A DNA stretch of 64,000 bases from Cyanobacteria bacterium J06626_4 (GTDB lineage Bacteria > Cyanobacteriota > Cyanobacteriia > Phormidesmidales > Phormidesmidaceae). Of the stretch, positions 1-9,350 are shown piece by piece. The stretch is from positions 1 to 64,000 of the forward strand of contig JBCBJQ010000012.1 in assembly GCA_038523235.1 (NCBI GenBank), written 5' to 3'. Within the stretch, counting starts at the first letter, position 1. Each line of letters begins with the position of its first letter. Below the pieces are notes generated by a model. That model was not told where the DNA came from, searched no databases, and saw only the letters and a program-made list of their open reading frames with translations. The position numbers and the translations under genes are program-made.

Positions 1-1
1 C

Positions 2-172
2 AAGGAAGCGATTCATACCCACCTCTTTTGCGCCCTACGGGCCTTTATCGAGTTGGAGTTGCAAGTCTGGCACCAGCCGTTAGGCAATTGGTATGAGCTA
101 CAACGTCACCTCTATCAAGACGCCGCTCGACAGTTCATCCTCCAAGCACCGCTGATGGGTAGCACCGCTTGA
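2..172 (+). mobile_element. 3' end of IS701-family transposase (partial, enters from left edge)
   Basis: Frame from nt 2 reads KEAIHTHLFCALRAFIELELQVWHQPLGNWYELQRHLYQDAARQFILQAPLMGSTA*. This resembles cyanobacterial IS701-type transposase C-termini (H.FC..RAF..LE...NWYELQR.L). Confidence 0.8.
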
Positions 173-197
173 ATTATGGTTTTGGTGATTTTGTCAA

Positions 198-210
198 TGC
201 GTAAGTCCTG
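198..210 (+). mobile_element. Right terminal inverted repeat of the IS (TGCGTAAGTCCTG)
   Basis: Lies 26 nt after the transposase stop. Its reverse complement CAGGACTTACGCA matches a terminus recalled for cyanobacterial IS701-like elements. Confidence 0.7.
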
Positions 211-271
211 GCTATGTTCCATCGCTAGTTTCTCCAGATTTCAACATCATAAAACTGCACAAATAACCATC

Positions 272-331
272 AAAAAAGCCCGAGAGAAACCTGTGACCTG
301 ATTTAGGTCAACAGGTGTCTCCCGGGCTTTT
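272..331 (-). terminator. Intrinsic terminator overlapping the 3' end of the riboswitch aptamer (expression platform)
   Basis: Minus strand AAAAGCCCGGGAGACACCTGTTGACCT-AAATC-AGGTCACAGGTTTCTCTCGGGCTTTTTT forms a long hairpin followed by a U tract. Its 5' arm is the aptamer's AAAAGCCCGGGAG. Confidence 0.85.
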
Positions 332-430
332 ATCCCTCGGTGAACCAACTTGAGCTTTACTCAACCAAGCTGGCCTGTATCTCTTGGACCGAACACCTTA
401 TCGATAGACAAAGCTGGAACCCTAGATACA
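319..430 (-). ncRNA. ykkC-yxkD (guanidine-I class) riboswitch aptamer
   Basis: Minus strand reads TGTATCTAGGGTTCC...GGTCCAAGAGATACA...CACCGAGGGATAAAAGCCCGGGAG. The hallmark ykkC blocks are in order and P1 (TGTATCT/AGATACA) pairs. Confidence 0.9.
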
Positions 431-547
431 AAATTCAGTTTTTCGGCAAAACCATCTACTTGCTAGAGCCTCTAAAGCTTAAGAACTAATTTTCTCTAGC
501 CTCTAAAAACTTGATACATTTAATATCAGATGAGCTTTGAACAATAA

Positions 548-561
548 GTATCTCTGAATAC
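548..561. promoter_or_regulatory. Putative NtcA binding site GTA-N8-TAC
   Basis: GTATCTCTGAATAC in AT-rich DNA about 120 nt upstream of the riboswitch. No perfect TAN3T box at the canonical spacing. Confidence 0.5.
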
Positions 562-888
562 GATTTCCCCTCAGGCAGTGTCAGCATCTCTTGACTTTCA
601 AACATACTTTTGATGAGATGAATTCAGCGTTCTTCAAACGATTTTGAGTCGACTGATGACGGGTGGCGGTCTTTTTCTGCTGACGAGTTTTTGACAAAAA
701 GCGGGCAATTTCGATCTCTGATTTTTTTCTTGCCGCTCCTGTCCCCTCTACGTGGCCATGCAAGCTGACATCCGGGTCTAGCTGGGCTGGGCATGATCAC
801 CTTCCTCCACGCCAGTCCCCAAACCATACTGCCCTGATACGCTGAGGGGAAAAGCTAACGATATGATGGCGAAGTAATCGGAGCGCGT

Positions 889-1404
889 ATGGATCCCAAA
901 TCGAGATCGCAGTCAAGCCAACAAGCAGAATCTGATCGGGCGATCGAACAAGAAATTCGTCACGGTCAAAAGTTTTCGATGGCAGCGGCGATCGGGCAAG
1001 AAGCGGGTGACTTTCTCAAGGGGGAATCGCCAGTACCCAAGCTGTTGCAAGTTAAAAATGAGCTGCGGGGGTTTGTTGGCCAGCATTTGGTCGACCCGTC
1101 GGGCGCTTTGCAGGCGGTTCTACAAGAACTTATCCAGTCTGACGATGTCACTTGCAGTCGCCATTTTGACGCGCCGCTGCAGGCGTTGATCGAGCTGTTG
1201 CGCCCTATGACCGTTCAAGATGCGCTGTTGCAAGATTTAGTACGGCGGGTGGACATGCGATGGGGCGAGATCTATGACGAAAGACCGCGCTTCCAGCGTC
1301 CAGGCCAGCCCCCCGACCCAGAGGATGAGTACACCTACGAATCAGTACGGCAGCAGTTAATCGCGCTATTGGCGATCGCTGAACAACAACCCTCCTCTCA
1401 ATAA
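889..1404 (+). CDS. Hypothetical cyanobacterial protein
   Basis: 171-aa ORF with natural composition, 15 nt upstream of the methyltransferase on the same strand. Confidence 0.8.
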   Translation: MDPKSRSQSSQQAESDRAIEQEIRHGQKFSMAAAIGQEAGDFLKGESPVPKLLQVKNELRGFVGQHLVDPSGALQAVLQELIQSDDVTCSRHFDAPLQALIELLRPMTVQDALLQDLVRRVDMRWGEIYDERPRFQRPGQPPDPEDEYTYESVRQQLIALLAIAEQQPSSQ

Positions 1405-1419
1405 AGTGCCTGTTTAGCG

Positions 1420-1905
1420 ATGCCTGAGCCGACCGCACCCCGTCCCGATATTGCCTACATTCCCACCCCGTTAGATGCCGTGGAAGCCATGCTGCAGCTA
1501 GCGCAGGTCGGCCCCCAAGACGTGCTGTATGACTTGGGCTGCGGGGATGGCCGTCTGCTGATTCGTGCTGCACAGCGCTGGGGCACTCGTGGGGTGGGCA
1601 TTGATCTTGACATCACCTGTCTGGACGCAGCGCGATCGGCCGCTCAACAGGCGGGAGTGGACCACCTGATCACGCTGCAACAGGGCAATTTGTATGAGTG
1701 TGATGTCAGCGCCGCGACGGTGGTGACGCTGTATCTGCTGCCGCATCTGAATCTGCGGTTGCGACCACGACTCTGGCAACAGCTGCGATCGGGCGCACGA
1801 GTCGTGTCGCATCAGTTTGATATGGGCGATTGGTTGCCGGATGAGGTCATGGAACTGCGACCTTCTGAAGAGGAGTCAACGATTTATCTCTGGCGGATTT
1901 CGTAG
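1420..1905 (+). CDS. Class I SAM-dependent methyltransferase
   Basis: Motif I LYDLGCGDGR, plus GVGIDLD and ATVVTLYL...RVVSHQF. Confidence 0.9.
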   Translation: MPEPTAPRPDIAYIPTPLDAVEAMLQLAQVGPQDVLYDLGCGDGRLLIRAAQRWGTRGVGIDLDITCLDAARSAAQQAGVDHLITLQQGNLYECDVSAATVVTLYLLPHLNLRLRPRLWQQLRSGARVVSHQFDMGDWLPDEVMELRPSEEESTIYLWRIS

Positions 1906-2258
1906 CTCACTCGCGGGATTGAGCCCACTGCTGAGCGAGCACAAGCCAGCATATTACATTCAGAAAACGAGTGTTCTGAGAAGCGCGTTTGTGCAACAGC
2001 CTGTTGCAGATTTTGACGGCGTTGGGAGATCGCCCAGCGACCTCACCGGTTTATCAAGTTTGTTGTTGAATTAGACAAAACACCGGTCTATTCACACCGG
2101 TATCGCTGCCAGACCTTGATGTCTTCAACGACACCGCGACAGCATCAAAATTTTTTGTCCTGAAACGTTTTACGAGGCCAGAAATAGTGACTAACAGCCC
2201 GTCGCACCTTTGTTCTGGCGGTGGACTGAGTCTGTTCAGCACACGGAGTCAATCGTCT

Positions 2259-2837
2259 ATGTTTATGCACCGTTCTACCCTGACTAAAGTGCGATCGCTC
2301 ACCCTGATAGCGGCAGGGGCATCAGCTCTGCTGGCGGGTTTCAGTCAACCCAGTGCAGCTCAGCCCTTTCCTAATCGCACGTTTGGATGTTCAGTCCCAG
2401 CCGGTTATTTGCAAGATGACCCCTCTGGCCTCGGCACCCAGCGGGCCAATGCGCTAATTGTGACCCCAACTGGCCCCGCTGGCGTCCCCGTACAGGGCAG
2501 CCTTGCCATCTTTTCCCAGGTGGGAACAACCAGTGGACAGGGGCGCTGCATCTTCTATAGTCAGCGGCTCAATTCCTTTAATACCAGTACTCATAGCGGC
2601 TGGGTATTTGATGTGGGCTCAACAGCATATTCGCTGCCAGCGATTTGCTTTCGTCCGCCCAGCGGCTTTTGCGGCACGATGTATCCTGGTACAGCTGTTG
2701 CTGGTGGCCTACCGGCAGGCTACAACTCCTACGAGGTCTTTCCCTTAGCGAACGGATACACATCCGCAACTACAGCACTGGCCAATCTGACCACGAGCAT
2801 TGCTGGCTATACCAATGCTCTGACCATTCTCGATTAG
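2259..2837 (+). CDS. Secreted protein, probable COP23-like domain
   Basis: Signal peptide ending SAA|Q, GGAG upstream of ATG 2259. Cys pattern TFGC...GRC..YSQRL..F...G......AIC......C resembles the COP23 family. Confidence 0.6.
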   Translation: MFMHRSTLTKVRSLTLIAAGASALLAGFSQPSAAQPFPNRTFGCSVPAGYLQDDPSGLGTQRANALIVTPTGPAGVPVQGSLAIFSQVGTTSGQGRCIFYSQRLNSFNTSTHSGWVFDVGSTAYSLPAICFRPPSGFCGTMYPGTAVAGGLPAGYNSYEVFPLANGYTSATTALANLTTSIAGYTNALTILD

Positions 2838-3132
2838 ACCGCGATCGCGCTCCCCCAAGGCAAACAATGGCAACGCCTGAACGCCTATCCCAATCGCCAT
2901 TTGGTGCCTGGGATATTTTGGCGCAAACTCTTCAATAGGTCAGCAATCCGATGGCCAGAGGGCCACGTTGCGGCAAGAGGGCATGGCGTTTAGGTGGGGA
3001 TAATTCATTTATACTAAATGCGCTAGAGTCCAGCAGACCGGTCGCTGCCCTGGCCGGGTCGGTCGATGCGCTCTATAAAGCTCAAATTGTGCAACCGTCT
3101 GTTGCAGAGTTGAGGCAGGTTAACCAGCTCCT

Positions 3133-4203
3133 ATGACGACGCTAATCCCGTTTCAAGGCCCAGATTACGAAAATCTGCTCACTGACCTCAAAGATCGCAT
3201 TCGTCAGGCACGGGTGCGATCGGCGCTAGCGGTCAACCGGGAGTTGGTCGTGCTCTACTGGCAGATCGGCCACGAAATCCTGCAGCGGCAAACCGCTCAG
3301 GGCTGGGGTAGCAAGGTCGTCAATCGCATTGCGAAAGATCTGCGCCGCGAGTTTCCCGATATGAAAGGCTTTTCGCCGCGCAACTTGCACTACATGCGGG
3401 CTTTCGCCGAAGCCTATCCCGATGGTTCAGAACTGCAACAGGTTGTTGCAAATTTGCCCTGGGGCCATAATGTGCGGCTGATGGAAGCGGTGAAAGCCCC
3501 GGAGGAGCGACTCTGGTATGCCCGACAGGCGATCGCCCACGGCTGGAGCCGCAACGTGTTGATGACCCATGTCGATAGTCAACTCTACGGTCAGCAGCGC
3601 GATGCGGTGGTCGACAACTTTGAGCACACGCTACCGACAGCGCAGTCTGATTTGGCTCACGACCTCATTAAAGACGCCTACACCTTTGACTTTTTGACGA
3701 TTTCTCCCGACTTGCAAGAGCGGGATGTGCAAAAGGCGCTAGTCGATCACATTCGCGACTTTTTGCTGGAGCTGGGCGTGGGATTTGCCTTTGTCGGCAG
3801 TCACTATCACCTAGAGGTCGGCGATCAGGACTTTTATGTGGACTTACTCTTTTATCATCTGCGGTTGCGCTGTTTCGTCGTTATTGACCTGAAGATGGGC
3901 GACTTTCAGCCTGAGTTTTCCGGCAAGATGAATTTCTACGTCTCGGCGATCGACGATCGCCTCCGCCACGCCGACGATAATCCCACCATTGGCCTAATTC
4001 TCTGTCGCGGCAAAAACAAGGCGATCGCTGAATATGCCCTGCGTGATCTGCAAAAACCCATTGGCATTTCCACCCATCGGTTGGCGAAAGAACTGCCCGA
4101 CCCACTCAAGCCCGAACTGCCCTCCATCGAGCGTCTCGAACAGGAGCTGACGACGGTTGACCTTGACTTGCCGACCCCGCCCAATTTGCCGACCGAACCC
4201 TAA
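3133..4203 (+). CDS. YhcG/DUF1016 PD-(D/E)XK nuclease-domain protein
   Basis: Motifs ELVVLYWQIG, GFSPRNL.YMR.FA, FLLELG.GFAFVG, DLLFYHLRLRCFVVIDLK and DNPTIGLILC. Confidence 0.93.
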   Translation: MTTLIPFQGPDYENLLTDLKDRIRQARVRSALAVNRELVVLYWQIGHEILQRQTAQGWGSKVVNRIAKDLRREFPDMKGFSPRNLHYMRAFAEAYPDGSELQQVVANLPWGHNVRLMEAVKAPEERLWYARQAIAHGWSRNVLMTHVDSQLYGQQRDAVVDNFEHTLPTAQSDLAHDLIKDAYTFDFLTISPDLQERDVQKALVDHIRDFLLELGVGFAFVGSHYHLEVGDQDFYVDLLFYHLRLRCFVVIDLKMGDFQPEFSGKMNFYVSAIDDRLRHADDNPTIGLILCRGKNKAIAEYALRDLQKPIGISTHRLAKELPDPLKPELPSIERLEQELTTVDLDLPTPPNLPTEP

Positions 4204-4364
4204 CATAGCAAGTCAATAGCAGCGACAGGCAGTTGTCACTATCCTCTCCACCAGGGGAATCGCGACCCTACCTGCAATCAATTCTCCAAAAGCACGGCTC
4301 TCGAATGGATTGGCAAATCTGAAATGCATCCCACTCTCTACCCTCCACCTTCCGATCCCGGCCC

Positions 4365-5630
4365 CTACTGCTCAGGCCAGCTGGCCTCGATCTCGCTCAG
4401 TACTGCCTCGGCCTCAGCGCCGCCCACATAGTCCACCATGCCCGTCCAAAAGGTGCCAGTGCCCACAGCGCCGGGCATCAGATCCGACCCGTCAAATCGA
4501 ATCACATCAGCCTCTTGCAACACTGCCGCCTGATTGCGCGTCAGCACATCGGGGTAGGCGTCTAAGCTCACTTGCTCATGGGGCGTGATGTATCCCTCAC
4601 CGGCCCAGAGGGTATGAGCTTCGACGCTGGCCAGATGCTGCATCAGGGCCGTCGCCGCCGGTGTGTCGTTGAATTGGCCGTAGACGATACCGCCGACCAA
4701 CACCGGATTACCTTGCCCTGGCTGAATGGGAGGCAAAGCAAACACATCTACCGTTTCCTCAGGTACCAAGCCACTGGGCAAAAAGTCGCTGATGAAGCTG
4801 GCCTGCCGGTGCAGATAACACCCAGGCGACTCGGTGAATAATGCTTGAGGCGAATCGCCAAAGGGAATGCTGATGGCTCCTGTTGCACCGCCCTGCACTT
4901 GATTGGGATCGCGAACAATCTCGCCAAAGGTATTCAACGCTTGGGTGATCGCGGGATGGGTAAAGGGAATTTCATGGGCTACCCACTGGTCATAGATCTC
5001 TGGCCCCGCCTGCCGCAGCAAAATTTCTTCGAGCCAGTCGGTGCCCACCCAGCCGGTTGCCGCGCCACTTTCCAAACCGATGCACCAAGGTGTATGACCA
5101 TTGGCGATCATTTGCTGGGTCAACACTTCCAGACCATCCCACGTCAGGGGAATCGTGTAGCCAGCGGCAGCAAACGCTTGGGGATTATACCAAACAAGAC
5201 TTTTGACATCGGCCCGCATCCATACGCCGTACAGCTCATCGTTAACGCTGGCCAGATCGAGCCAGTAAGAGGCATAGGCAGCCTCCAAATCGGCGCGGGG
5301 CTGGGGTACCAAATCGCCCTGTTGAGCAAAGTCGAGCATCAGCCCCGGTTGTGGAAACAGGGCAATATCGGGGGCATCGCCCGAATCGACCCGAACGGAA
5401 ATCAGCGTGGTAAAGGCGTCGGTGCCTTCGTAGACCACCTCGATACCGGTAGCTTCCGTGAAGGGGGCGATCGCGGCCATTAGCTTCTCTTCGCCATTCC
5501 CCGTCAGCGTGCCGAGAATGGTCACGGTCTCGATGCCATCCGAAGTGCCCGTTGAGTCACCGAAGGGCTGGCAGGCTACCGCGAAGCTCCCAGCACACAA
5601 TAGAAAGAACCAAGCAGCTTTATTCGCCAT
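4365..5630 (-). CDS. Sugar ABC transporter substrate-binding lipoprotein (alpha-glucoside/glucosylglycerol GgtB-like)
   Basis: Lipobox AVA|C, plus PDIALFPQPG, KSLVWYNP, PWCIGLESGAATGWVGTDW and RFDGSDLMPGAVG. Confidence 0.88.
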   Translation of the reverse strand: MANKAAWFFLLCAGSFAVACQPFGDSTGTSDGIETVTILGTLTGNGEEKLMAAIAPFTEATGIEVVYEGTDAFTTLISVRVDSGDAPDIALFPQPGLMLDFAQQGDLVPQPRADLEAAYASYWLDLASVNDELYGVWMRADVKSLVWYNPQAFAAAGYTIPLTWDGLEVLTQQMIANGHTPWCIGLESGAATGWVGTDWLEEILLRQAGPEIYDQWVAHEIPFTHPAITQALNTFGEIVRDPNQVQGGATGAISIPFGDSPQALFTESPGCYLHRQASFISDFLPSGLVPEETVDVFALPPIQPGQGNPVLVGGIVYGQFNDTPAATALMQHLASVEAHTLWAGEGYITPHEQVSLDAYPDVLTRNQAAVLQEADVIRFDGSDLMPGAVGTGTFWTGMVDYVGGAEAEAVLSEIEASWPEQ

Positions 5631-5681
5631 CACTCTATGCCTGCGTTTTAGTCAGTTTGCCGGATTGTTTAAATCCAATCT

Positions 5682-7127
5682 CTAGCCACACTGCCACAAG
5701 AAGGCTACCTGATCTTTGTGATCAGGACACTGCAAAATATAGCCTGTCCCCACATCGCCCCAGAGATAGGGCACATGGTCATCTGAGGCAAATTCGAAAA
5801 TTAGGGTATCCATGAGGCGATCGCAGGTAGAACATTTAGGATATTCGTCATCCTGAACCCAATGAGGCCAGCCCGACAACTTGTCGCCTTCTGGTGGAAT
5901 CAGAGCCGTTTCCATCATGAAATCGGTCAGAATAGTGTCCCTTTGCGAGCGCTCGTTGCGCTTTCTGTTCTTTTCGTCCATAGAGCGGAAATCAGAAACG
6001 TTGTGAGGCGAATCAAGGATGCTATCAGTCGCGAATCTTGATAGTTCTTCGCGGGCAATAGACGCCCCTTGAGATTCAGCGTCAATCCAGTTGGGATAAT
6101 CTTTCATCTGTTGCCAGCCCACAATCGTCTGCGGTTGAAATACTCTTTCGAGCATCCCGATAGAAGAATTTCCTTGAATTTCTAGGATATTTTCTGTTGC
6201 TACGATCCCGTTTGGCTGAATAACCCTAAGCAATTGACATTTCGAAAATGCTTCCCAACCCCAGAGATATTGCTCACATTCAGCTTCGCTGATGCAATAG
6301 AAGAGTTGCAGCAGTCCATTGCCAAAGCAACCTTCCAGTTCTTGAGGTAACTGACCGAGGTTCAGCTGTAAAAAAGATTGCATGGGCTCCGCACAACGAG
6401 AACACCTTGGCCATTCCTCATCTTCTCCAATCCAGGGATAACCGCCAAATTTGGAAGCCGTCCTTTCTCCATCTCTTCTTTCGACAACTGGCTTCCAAGC
6501 AAATTTTTGGAAACGAGCAACTTTAGATTTAATTAGGCTCAAAGTTTCGTAGCGGCTAATGCTGCCATCTGGCAAAATCGTATCCGCCAACTTGACATCA
6601 GTAGTGTTTGCTCCAGCTAAGTTCGCGCCGGTAAAATTGGCATGGCAGAGATTAGCGTCCGACAAATTAGCGTTGGTTAAATCCGCATTTTGGAAGTTAG
6701 CGTTGCGTAAGTCGGCCCCTCTCAGATCAGCAGAGACTAAAGCTGAACTCACCAAAATAGCTTGCTGACAGTCGGCTGCACGCAGGTCGGCTGTCGCTAA
6801 GTTCGCGCCGGTAAAATCAGCTTCACCCAAAAAAGAAGATCGATTTGGCAATGCACTTGCTAGATGAAACTCTTGACAAAAACTAGCTCCCTGCAAATCA
6901 GCAAACCTGAAGCTGGCTCGCCTTAAATTAGCGTCGATAGTGGCGTTTCTCAAAGTGGCGTGATCAAAGTTGGCTTCTCGCAAACCACAATTTAAGAAGT
7001 GAGCGTTGCTAAAGTCTGCTCTGCTGAGATTTACACGTCGAAATTTATCTGAGTAGCGGAGTTCTATACCCTGAAAACTTCGCTCTCCGGCTTGGTATCG
7101 CTGCAACAGTTCCTCAGCTCTCATCAC
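5682..7127 (-). CDS. Pentapeptide-repeat protein fused to a C-terminal DUF1963/YwqG-like domain
   Basis: N-terminal half is A(D/N)Lxx repeats. C-terminal half has SKFGGYPW...WPRC..C...M..FLQLNL, GDKLSGWP.WVQ and WGDVG.GY. Confidence 0.8.
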   Translation of the reverse strand: MMRAEELLQRYQAGERSFQGIELRYSDKFRRVNLSRADFSNAHFLNCGLREANFDHATLRNATIDANLRRASFRFADLQGASFCQEFHLASALPNRSSFLGEADFTGANLATADLRAADCQQAILVSSALVSADLRGADLRNANFQNADLTNANLSDANLCHANFTGANLAGANTTDVKLADTILPDGSISRYETLSLIKSKVARFQKFAWKPVVERRDGERTASKFGGYPWIGEDEEWPRCSRCAEPMQSFLQLNLGQLPQELEGCFGNGLLQLFYCISEAECEQYLWGWEAFSKCQLLRVIQPNGIVATENILEIQGNSSIGMLERVFQPQTIVGWQQMKDYPNWIDAESQGASIAREELSRFATDSILDSPHNVSDFRSMDEKNRKRNERSQRDTILTDFMMETALIPPEGDKLSGWPHWVQDDEYPKCSTCDRLMDTLIFEFASDDHVPYLWGDVGTGYILQCPDHKDQVAFLWQCG

Positions 7128-7151
7128 CCTAAATTTTCCGAGATAATTTAG

Positions 7152-8957
7152 TTAGGTCAGCTTCAGCACTGCCATAAACGCATCCTGAGGCACATCTACC
7201 GTGCCGATCGCCTTCAGGCGTTTCTTACCCTTGGCTTGCTTTTGCAGTAGCTTTTTCTTTCGCGAGATGTCGCCGCCGTAGCACTTCGACAACACGTCTT
7301 TGCGCAGGGCCGGGATACTCTCACTAGCGACCACGCGGCTGCCAATCGAAGCCTGTAGTGGAATGCGGAATTGATGGCGAGGGATGAGTTCCTTCAGCTT
7401 TTCGACCAGGGCCTTGCCCACGTAGTAGGCCTTATCACGATGCACGATGTTGGCCAAGGGGTCGGCGGGTTCGCCATTGATCAAAATATCCAGCCGCACC
7501 AAATTGTTGGTGCGATAGTCGATCAGGTGGTACTCCATGCTGGCGTAGCCCTTAGAGCGCGACTTCAGCTGGTCAAAAAAGTCCGTTACTACTTCTGCTA
7601 GGGGCAGCTCATAGATCAGCGCCGTCCGCGACTGGGCCAGATACTTCATATCTTTGAACTCGCCGCGCCGACTCTGGCAGAGTTCCATCAGCGCCCCGAC
7701 ATAATCTTCTGGCGTCAGCATCTCGACCCGCACATAGGGCTCCGCGATCGATTCGCGCTCCTGAGGCGAGGGCAACGTACTGGGGTTGTCAATTTCAACC
7801 ATGGTGCCGTCGAGTAGGGTGACCTGGTAAATCACCGATGGAGCCGTGGTGATCAAATCCAGGTTATATTCCCGCTCTAGGCGTTCCTGCACGATTTCCA
7901 TATGCAGCAGGCCCAAAAAGCCGCAGCGAAAGCCAAAGCCCATGGCACTAGAGGTTTCCGGCTCATACTGCAGCGCCGCATCGCTGAGACGCAGCTTTTC
8001 TAGAGCGTCGCGCAGGTCTTCGTACTGATCTGAGTCAGTGGGAAACAGCCCGCAAAACACCATCGGTTTCGCTTCAACATAGCCGGGTAAGGGGCTCTCA
8101 GCGGGCGCTTTGGCCAGGGTAATCGTGTCGCCCACGCGGGCATCTTCCACCGATTTGATCGCCCCGGACAGGTAACCTACTTCACCGGCATGAAGACCGG
8201 CAACCGGCACTTGCACCGGCGACAGCACGCCGAGGTCATCGACAGCAAACTCCTTCTTGGACGCCATCAGCCGCACAGTGTCGCCCTTATTCAAGGTGCC
8301 ATCCATGATGCGGAAATAGACGATAACACCACGATAGGGATCGTAGTAGCTGTCAAAAATTAGGGCCCGTAAGGGTTGCTCAATCGTTTCTTGGGGCGGA
8401 GGTACCGTTAAGACGATCGCTTCCAAAATTTCGTCAATGCCAATGCCAGCTTTGGCCGAGGCCAAAATCGCGTTGCTACAGTCCAGACCGATAATGTCTT
8501 CAATTTCTTGCTTGATGCGATCGGGATCAGCGCCGGGCAGGTCAATTTTGTTGAGGACCGGAATGATCTCCAGATCATGCTCCAGCGCCAGATAGACATT
8601 CGCTAAGGTCTGCGCTTCGACCCCTTGAGACGCATCCACCACCAGCAGCGCCCCTTCGCAGGCGGCCAGCGATCTCGATACCTCATAAGAAAAGTCCACA
8701 TGCCCCGGCGTGTCAATCAGGTTGAGCACATAGTCGCTGCCGTCCTCGGCGGTATAGTTCATCCGCGCGGCCTGCAGCTTGATGGTGATGCCCCGCTCGC
8801 GCTCCAGATCCATGGTGTCGAGCACCTGATCTTTCATATCGCGATCGCTCACGGTGCCGGTTTTATGCAACAGGCGATCGGCCAGGGTCGATTTGCCATG
8901 GTCGATGTGGGCAATAATGCAGAAATTGCGAATGCGGGAGACGGGTACGTCAGTCAT
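7152..8957 (-). CDS. lepA: Elongation factor 4 (LepA)
   Basis: [33 protein letters not shown] and C-terminal [13 protein letters not shown]. Confidence 0.99.
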   Translation of the reverse strand: MTDVPVSRIRNFCIIAHIDHGKSTLADRLLHKTGTVSDRDMKDQVLDTMDLERERGITIKLQAARMNYTAEDGSDYVLNLIDTPGHVDFSYEVSRSLAACEGALLVVDASQGVEAQTLANVYLALEHDLEIIPVLNKIDLPGADPDRIKQEIEDIIGLDCSNAILASAKAGIGIDEILEAIVLTVPPPQETIEQPLRALIFDSYYDPYRGVIVYFRIMDGTLNKGDTVRLMASKKEFAVDDLGVLSPVQVPVAGLHAGEVGYLSGAIKSVEDARVGDTITLAKAPAESPLPGYVEAKPMVFCGLFPTDSDQYEDLRDALEKLRLSDAALQYEPETSSAMGFGFRCGFLGLLHMEIVQERLEREYNLDLITTAPSVIYQVTLLDGTMVEIDNPSTLPSPQERESIAEPYVRVEMLTPEDYVGALMELCQSRRGEFKDMKYLAQSRTALIYELPLAEVVTDFFDQLKSRSKGYASMEYHLIDYRTNNLVRLDILINGEPADPLANIVHRDKAYYVGKALVEKLKELIPRHQFRIPLQASIGSRVVASESIPALRKDVLSKCYGGDISRKKKLLQKQAKGKKRLKAIGTVDVPQDAFMAVLKLT

Positions 8958-9350
8958 AAATCGAGCACTTTCGAGAAAGTCTGTTACTTAAGTTTAATCT
9001 GATTTAACCCGAAGACTCCGGGATCATCCCACAATGACCCGTCGATCCCGACCTGACGGTCACACATAACGGCACTGCGGCGCTATGGGGCCAGTTAATG
9101 ATGGTGGCGAGTTGGCGGCATGTGGGTACCCTAGGCTAAGTTTTAACAGTTAGGCTGGGGCGATCGCGCAACGCGAGCCCCAGCGCGGCGTGCATCTTCA
9201 CCCTCGGGCAGTTGAAAGTAATACAGTGACTAGGTTGACTGGCCAACCATTCCCCAGTCAGCCCTGAGGATGTGCCCTTCTGTTTTTGTGCGCATAGATT
9301 AAAGCCCCGGTTCTACAGCATGTCTCCCCCCCCCCCGCTCTGCTTCCACG

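Noticed and set aside
3133..4203. YhcG nuclease as part of a defence island, together with the methyltransferase at 1420
   Set aside because: The methyltransferase lacks DNA-MTase motifs (DPPY/NPPY/PC), and there are no other defence or integrase genes nearby.
4845..5483. 212-aa + strand ORF
   Set aside because: Antisense shadow of the ABC substrate-binding gene.
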